Positions 8,421 through 15,184 of a stretch of 15,184 bases of DNA are shown here, in pieces (positions within the stretch are counted from its first letter, which is position 1; each line of letters starts with the position of its first letter). Source of the DNA: Salpingoeca rosetta (taxonomy: Eukaryota; Protista; Choanoflagellata); the NCBI GenBank assembly GCA_033442325.1, contig JAWQFM010000015.1, positions 1-15,184 of the forward strand, given 5' to 3'. The translations under genes and the position numbers were made by a program. The notes beneath the pieces were generated by a model that worked only from the letters and a program-made list of their open reading frames with translations, did no database searches and was not told the origin of the DNA.

Positions 8421-9375
8421 ACAAGCAATCCATCAATCAAGCAATCAAGCAGACGAGCAAGCACACAAGCAAGAAGCAAGCAAGCCAAACAAAGGGACAA
8501 GTATTCATTCACTCCGCTTGGACGAGCGACACGTCCACCACGTGGTGCGTGCGTGTGTGTTGTACTCACTGCTCTGCCCTCCTTTACACTGTTCCTCCCT
8601 GCCTCGCAGTCCACTCTCCCTTTCTACCCTTTGCACACCCTTTGCTTGACCTGCTCTCTGCACACCCTCTCTTCTCCACCCCCCCGCCCCTTCACTCACA
8701 CGTCTCAAGTCACATGTCTCTCATCTCACCCTTTGCTTTTGGCTGCAACGCTGCGCGTCTTCATCTCCACCACCACCACCTGTTTGGCAGGCTGACGATG
8801 AGGATGATGATGGTGGCTTGAACGACAGTACCGTGTCCTTGAGCGCGTGCCATCACCGTGTGCCACGACAACAAGAGGCACTTCCTTCTCTCTCGCTCTG
8901 TCTCGGTATGTGTGTGGCTGATGGCGTGGGGGGGGGTGTTGCCTGGGATTTCCATTCCACTGCACTGTACCTCAGTGCGCTGCGTGCCGCGACATGCACA
9001 CCACAGTTTGCACTCCTCCTCCCCCACTTATCCCCTCGGCATGTCCTTGTCCTTGTCAACCACCTCCCCTCGTCCATCACACCCCACCCCCCCCCACACC
9101 CCACACATACTCTCTCTCCTTTACCCCTGTCACGATGTGTGCTTGCTTCAAAGCAGGCCGCTGACATTGTCATCACCGCTGTCAGACGGTGGTCGGTGCC
9201 ATGCACGAGCATGGAGACAGTGAGCCAGCTCGTGGTCTCCAGCGTGGTGGCTGGAATGTGCACTGAGGTGAAGGATCCCACCACCACACTTCCGCTTCCA
9301 TGCCGCCATGGCTGACACCACTGGCACTGCTGGTTAACACGCACCAGCAGGCATCGCTCCCAGCGCCACACATGT

Positions 9376-9415
<40 letters not shown>

Positions 9416-10545
9416 TTGAATTCATTTGCACTCGTTGCCCCTCCCGCATGTCGAAACAACCACGCACACCGACCACCCCTCGTCAACACAACACCATTCA
9501 ACATCCCCACTGGGCTGATGCAGGGCTGCACTGGCACGTCGTGCACGACAGCTTCTCATCGTCAGTTCTCCCTTCTCTCCTGTTTTGTCTTCACACAGGT
9601 CGCATCACCCCCGCCCCACCCTCCCGTTGCACGCGCTTCCCCACCCTCCCGTTGCACGCGTGCACACCTGCTGCTGCAGCCAACCACCCACACACATCGT
9701 CGCCGCAACGCCGCATCAACCAACCGCAGCCACTGACAGCCACGGGCATTGCACCTTTGCTGCCAGCACGTGGCCCCACCTCAACCTGCCACATCATCAT
9801 CACTGCCATGTGTGTGTGTGTGTGTGTGCATGCATGCGTGTTCACACCATCGTCAACCACACCACGCCAACACAGCAACAGCTGCACTGCTTGCTGTCCT
9901 GCGCGGCGTTGTGGCGCTGCACTCAAGGCCCTTTGTCAACCAGTTTCCCGCTGCTAGCTGTGCTTCTCCCTGCCCATCTCAATCACCTCAGCTTCAACCA
10001 CAACTGCTGCTGTTTTTCGCCACCTCATCTTCTGCCAGCGACGTATCCCACCGCGGTCATAGCCGTCACTGCACGCTGCCGGTTTCAAGCAGCTCACTGC
10101 GCTGGACGCTGTTGGCTCGTGGACCACCACACCGTTGTTGGAAGAGGGATTGGCCGTGATTGTGGCGGTTGTTGTGGTGGTACTGCACGCCATGACAACA
10201 ACAGCGGCAGTTGATGAGGTGATGGTGTGTTTGCACTCCTCACTGGTTGCAGCGGCAGCAAGGAGGCGGCCATCGTGTTTCTGGTTCGCATGCATGTGCT
10301 GGCCAACGTGGCGCAGGAGCGGTTCTTGGACTACGACAACGACTCTGTGCCGTTTATGAAGAACATTCTCCAGCACGCGAACGACAGGCAATACCGCATG
10401 CTGCGCGGCCTGTGGGCGTGTTTGTTTGCAAGGACATGTTTGCGCCGGATGCACACGACCTCATGCACATTATGTAAGCCAGCGCCGCCCAGATTGAGGA
10501 GGATGATCCACAACCCACATACATCCACACAAGGTGCGCTCAAGG

Positions 10546-10548
<3 letters not shown>

Positions 10549-10613
<65 letters not shown>

Positions 10614-10630
10614 GTGTGTGTGTGTGTGTG
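10549..10630. repeat. (AG)n followed by (GT)n compound microsatellite
   Basis: About 31 AG units, then a GT run. Confidence 0.95.
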
Positions 10631-10848
10631 TTCATGAACATGTGTGAACATGTCGCTTCGTCGTTTCCCTCCTTTCTCCACTTTCGCCTTGCCAAGCCTC
10701 ACCGCCACCCCTTGTCGTCCTGCCGCGTTCAGGCTGTTGAGTCGCTGCTCGCTGTGATTCAGGGTGCCCGGCTCCCGCGCATCCCCCAACTCCGGCGCGA
10801 CCGAGAACTGCATCTCCGTCTTTGTCAAGATTGCACATGGCCTCTCAG

Positions 10849-10948
<100 letters not shown>

Positions 10949-12606
10949 TGCGACACTCCTTCTTCGCCGTCCTTTGACATTGGTTGTTTGTTCTTTGTTG
11001 TCACGTTGTCGTCGCTTATTCTTTACCTCCTCATCCACCCATCCACCACCAACCCTTGCACAGACGAGATGCTGACACATCTGCTTGACTGGCTGTCTAT
11101 TACAGAAGACGACGATGAGGCAAAGTACATCTTCACATGCCTCGTCGAGGTCCTCCAAGCGTGAGTGCTACGACTGTGTTTTGTGTGTGTGTGGGTGTAT
11201 GTGTGTGTGTGTGTGTGTGCATGTGTCGGTGGTGTGCTCTGCCGCCTGTCGTTCTTGTTCCCGACTGACTCCCCCGTCCCCCCTCCCCCATTGCTCCCTC
11301 TCCTTCCTTGTGTTGTTGCTTCAGTCGGCAAGATCCACGCGTGACCGCGCCTGAGAGCCCGGTGAAGATTGTGCGTGCGTTTGTTTGTGCAGGTGATTGG
11401 CACACCCGCGGCCGCCGTCAACGAGCCCCACTGCCCAGGGCATGTACACAGCCTCATTGTGCGTGGGTTGTGTTGTGTGTGTTTTATGTGTTGTGTGTGT
11501 GTGTGTGTGTGTTTGCTGCCTCGAATATGCGCGATTGTCGTGTACTTCGTGTACTTTCCCATCCTCTTCCTCCTCTTCCTCCCTCCTCCTCATTCTCACA
11601 CTCCTCATTCTCACGCCCTCGTGTCGTTTCCTCTCGTAGAACATGCAGGATTCGCCTGCCCACGGTGTGTTGGGGCAGTTGATGCAGGATCCACAGGTGC
11701 ACGCCCGCGTGCAGTGCGCTGTTGAGGCGCTTAGCTCGTCCGCGTAGTCGCCATGTTGTGATGTGTCGTGTCAACTTGTGCACCAGTTGAACGAATGGCT
11801 GAATGTCTGTCGATTCCTCTGTTACATTCCTCTTGTTGCTCTTTTCCCTCTTCCCTTCTCTTCTTGTTCTTCTCTTCTGTTCTTCCCTTCCTTCACTCTC
11901 CCTCTCGCCTGCTTGCTTGCTTGCTTATGTCACGCCCTTCTTGTGCTTGCCTGTTGTTTCCATTGTATGGCGCTGTGTACGGCTGAACACGTTCTTGGTG
12001 TGTTTGGTGGATGTGCTGCTGCTGCTGCTGTGTGTGTTTGATTCTGGCTTGTGACTGGATGGTGCTGTTTGATGTGCAGAGGGTTTGGCTGTTGTTTGGT
12101 TGGCTTGGCTTCATGTTGCGTGTGGGCACTGCTGTGTGTGTGTGTGGATGTGTGTTGGGAGTGTTGTTTGTGGGTTGGACTGGGAGCGTTGTTTGTGGGT
12201 TGTGTGGCGGACCTGTTCCTTCCTCAGTAAATGGCTCGATGAAAATGATGAGACCCGCTTGACGGTGGTGATGGTGGAGCGGCGGTGATGTTTGTGGTGT
12301 TGATGTGGCTACAGACATTGGTGTATTGTACCGACCAGGCAAGACCAAAAGAAGCTGGGAGGGAGCGGCTGTTGTTCCTTTCGGCGCGACAAAGCGAGTT
12401 GCGTTGCTGCTGGTTGGCTGGAGGCACTTCATCCTGTTTGTTTGTTGTGTTCCGTCAGGAACGAGGGCTCGAAGAGATTGTTGACGAACATCTTCCACGG
12501 AAGCGCTGCTGTGCGGATAACCTCTGAAAGGTTTTGCGAATCGTCCAATGGCTGAGTCGCAAAACAACAACACAAAGGAAACAAACAAAAAGCAGCGCGT
12601 TGAGTT

Positions 12607-12971
12607 GTCGTCCATTTTGTCGTCGTCTTCTTCCAGTCACTCACGAACACGTCACAACAAGCCACAAGGAGAAAAGACGACGCGCCGCCATGTCCGGCAG
12701 CGCAAAGGCGGCGCAGCCGCCGGTTAGGGAAAACCCTGTGCGACAAATCTGGTTCGGGTAGCGCAGCGATGCGGGAGCGAGCGTAGCGGTTAGCGGGGGT
12801 AGGGCTTCACAGCATGCGATTTGATGGTTAGTGGACGCGCCTCGAGCTTTTGCGCGTGGTCACGAACCGGCAATGCTCACTTCGCAACCGTAGTTTAGCA
12901 ATGGTCACCGGTAATATTTTTTAAAACCCTGTCGTCGTCCATTTGTCGTTGTCTTCTTCCAGCTCACGAGC
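12607..12971. repeat. Imperfect ~40-bp direct repeat (12607-12648 and 12934-12971)
   Basis: GTCGTCCATTT(T)GTCGTYGTCTTCTTCCAG(TCA)CTCACGARC occurs in both positions; the second copy runs into the gap. Confidence 0.8.
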
Positions 12972-13128
12972 NNNNNNNNNNNNNNNNNNNNNNNNNNNNN
13001 NNNNNNNNNNNNNNNNNNNNNNNNNNNNNNNNNNNNNNNNNNNNNNNNNNNNNNNNNNNNNNNNNNNNNNNNNNNNNNNNNNNNNNNNNNNNNNNNNNNN
13101 NNNNNNNNNNNNNNNNNNNNNNNNNNNN
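12972..13128. other. Assembly gap (157 N)
   Basis: Run of N. Confidence 1.
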
Positions 13129-13445
13129 GATAGCAGAGTGAGTGCAAAGGCCACCCAAAACGACGTGTTGGAACATGCATGCATGTGTTGGAGAGAAGGA
13201 CACAAGGACACTTCTTGTGATTGTGCTTATTCTTCCCCCCTCTCTCTGCTTGGCTTGTCCTTGTGTTGCCATGGGCGTGGTGTGGCTTGCTGTTGGGTGT
13301 TCACGTGTGCGTGTCCTGTCCCCTCGCACCGCCTGGGCACACTGTGTGTGGTTGTGGCAGGTTGTGACTGGCACCCTCATGTTTTTGCTCTGTGTATCCT
13401 CAGTCTTCTTGCTCATTTCATGACACACACCATTTGGAATTACAG

Positions 13446-15140
13446 CTTGGATGATGATGGCCTCGGCGACATTGGGGCGCGTGCGGTGGCCGAGGCGCTC
13501 AAGGACAACACCTGCCTCAAAACGCTCTTGTGCGTGGTGATGATGAATCTGCTTCGTGTGACATGCATGGTTGACTGGGGTGGCGGTGTTGCATGTTGCA
13601 CCCCTTTCTCCTCCCCTGCTTGCGCATGTTTGGACGTGTGTTCACCGTCGCTCCCTGCGGTTCTTGTGTGTCTGCACAGCCTGTGGGCCAACTCCATCGG
13701 TCCTGAGGGCGCTGTGGCGTTGGCGGAGATGCTGAAGCACAACACAACCCTTGAAATACTCAAGTGAGTGTGTACACGCACACATGCACACACATGTGGG
13801 CTGCGTCACTGCCTTGGACCTTATCGTACACATGTGCCCATGTGTGGTTGATGACTGTGTTGCCACCCACAGCAATCATCATCACGCACTCACTCTGACT
13901 TCCTCACTCACCTCATCCATGTGGCATCATTCCTCTGCGTGGCATTCACCATACCGTCGTGACAGCCTGGACAACAATCCCATCGGCGATGAGGGCGGAG
14001 ATGCTGAAGCACAACACAACCCTTGAAATACTCAAGTGAGTGTGTACACGCACACATGCACACACATGTGGGCTGCGTCACTGCCTTGGACCTTATCATG
14101 CGCTCATGTGTGGCTGGTGGGGTGGGGTTCAACGACTGTGTTGCCACCCACCCGCGGCAGTCATCACTCACTCACTCACTCTTCCTCATCCATGTGGCAT
14201 CATTCCTCTGCGTGGCATTCACCATACCGTCGTGACAGCCTGGACAACAATCCCATCGGCGATGAGGGCGCTGTGGCGTTGGCGGAGATGTTGAAGCACA
14301 ACACGGCCCTCGAAGAACTCCGGTGAGTGTGTACACGCACACATGCACACACGTATGCTGTGTCACTGCCGTTGCACCTTATCACGTGCACATGTGTGGT
14401 TGATGGGGTGGGGTTCAACGACTGTGTTGCCACCCACAGCAATCATCATCACGCACTCACTCACTCACTCTTCCTCATCCATGTGGCATCATCCCTCTGC
14501 GTGGCATCATACCTCTTGACAGCCTGAGTGAGAACTCCATCGGTCCTGAGGGCGCCGCGGCGTTGGCGGAGATGCTGAAGCACAACACGACCCTCACAGT
14601 ACTTGGGTGAGTGTGTACACGCACACATGCACATGTATGCTGCGTCACTGCCTGTTGCACCTTATTACGTGCACATGTGTGGTTGATGACTGTGTTGCCA
14701 CCCACAACAATCATCATCACTCACTCACTCACTCTTCCTCATCCATGTGGCATCATCCCCCTGCGTGGCATCATACCGTCTTGACAGCCTGAGCAACAAC
14801 TCCATCGGCGATAAGGGCGCCGTGGCGTTGGCGGAGATGCTGAAGCACAACACGACCCTCACATGGCTCGGGTGAGTGTGGACACGCACACGCACACATG
14901 CACACACATGTATGCTGCGTCACTGCTGTTGCACCTTTATCACGTGCACATGTGTATGGGTTCAACGACTGCGTTGCCACCCACAGCAATCATCATCACG
15001 CTCTTCCTCATCCATGTGGCATCATCGCCCTGCGTGGCATCATACCATCTTGACAGCCTGCAAATTAATCCCATCAGCGATGAGGGCGCTGTGGCGTTAG
15101 CGGAGATGCTGAAGCACAACACGGCCCTCGAAGAACTCCG
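13446..15140 (+). CDS. Partial LRR protein gene (ribonuclease-inhibitor/NLRC3-type 28-aa repeats), one repeat per 84-bp exon: 13446-13529, 13680-13763, 13966-14035 (70 bp, frameshifted), 14239-14322, 14523-14606, 14788-14871, 15057-15140
   Basis: Each exon is bounded by CAG and GT(G) in phase 2. Exons after the first encode LxxNxIGxEGAxALAEMLKHNTxLxxL; the first is a diverged LDDDGLGDIGARAVAEALKDNTCLKTL. A GTGAGT donor at 13138 suggests an upstream exon in the gap. The gene probably continues past the window end. Confidence 0.88.
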
Positions 15141-15184
15141 GTGAGTGTGTACACGCACACATGCACACACGTATGCTGTGTCAC
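13680..15184 (+). repeat. Tandem exon+intron repeat array, period 265-286 bp
   Basis: Introns share GTGAGTGTGTACACGCACACATGCAC...GACTGTGTTGCCACCCAC...CCTCATCCATGTGGCATCAT...GACAG. Confidence 0.93.

Noticed and set aside
9157-9267. Exon-like segment AADIVITAVRRW...VVAGMCTE, possibly a further importin-5 remnant (also ADDEDDD at ~8791)
   Set aside because: Splice sites are plausible, but the similarity is too weak to assign by eye.
11893-12615. 240-aa minus-strand ORF MDDNSTR...
   Set aside because: No recognisable motifs, and the distal part is low-complexity.
13680-15184. Regularly spaced repeats as a CRISPR array
   Set aside because: The period is about 270 bp, the 'spacers' are homologous introns, the repeats are coding exons, the context is eukaryotic and there are no cas genes.

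Overview
Eukaryotic, intron- and microsatellite-rich DNA. The (CA/GT)n-filled introns and the 'LAEMLKHNTTL' 84-bp LRR exons suggest a choanoflagellate such as Salpingoeca rosetta (inference). The centrepiece is an apparently intact 5,550-bp cut-and-paste DNA transposon (2865-8414). It has perfect 16-bp TIRs (CTGGCCTCGGACATCC), a 6-bp TSD (AATGAC) and GTCCGCT subterminal repeats/palindromes. It carries one six-exon gene (3260-8252, about 1,446 aa) whose catalytic core matches P-element/THAP9 transposases (D..D..DxxH..E). The architecture is atypical: no THAP domain, a PA-like domain and C2HC finger at the N-terminus, a Cys cluster inside the RNase H fold, a probable beta-propeller inside the insertion domain, and a Tudor/SH3-like C-terminus. 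The element lies among decayed host gene copies: a frameshifted exostosin (GT47)-like gene on the left and an intron-containing importin-5 pseudogene on the right. After a 157-N gap, a tandem exon-intron array encodes ribonuclease-inhibitor-type LRRs with mosaic, junction-variable repeats and one frameshifted exon. All family assignments are by-eye motif comparisons; no searches were run.
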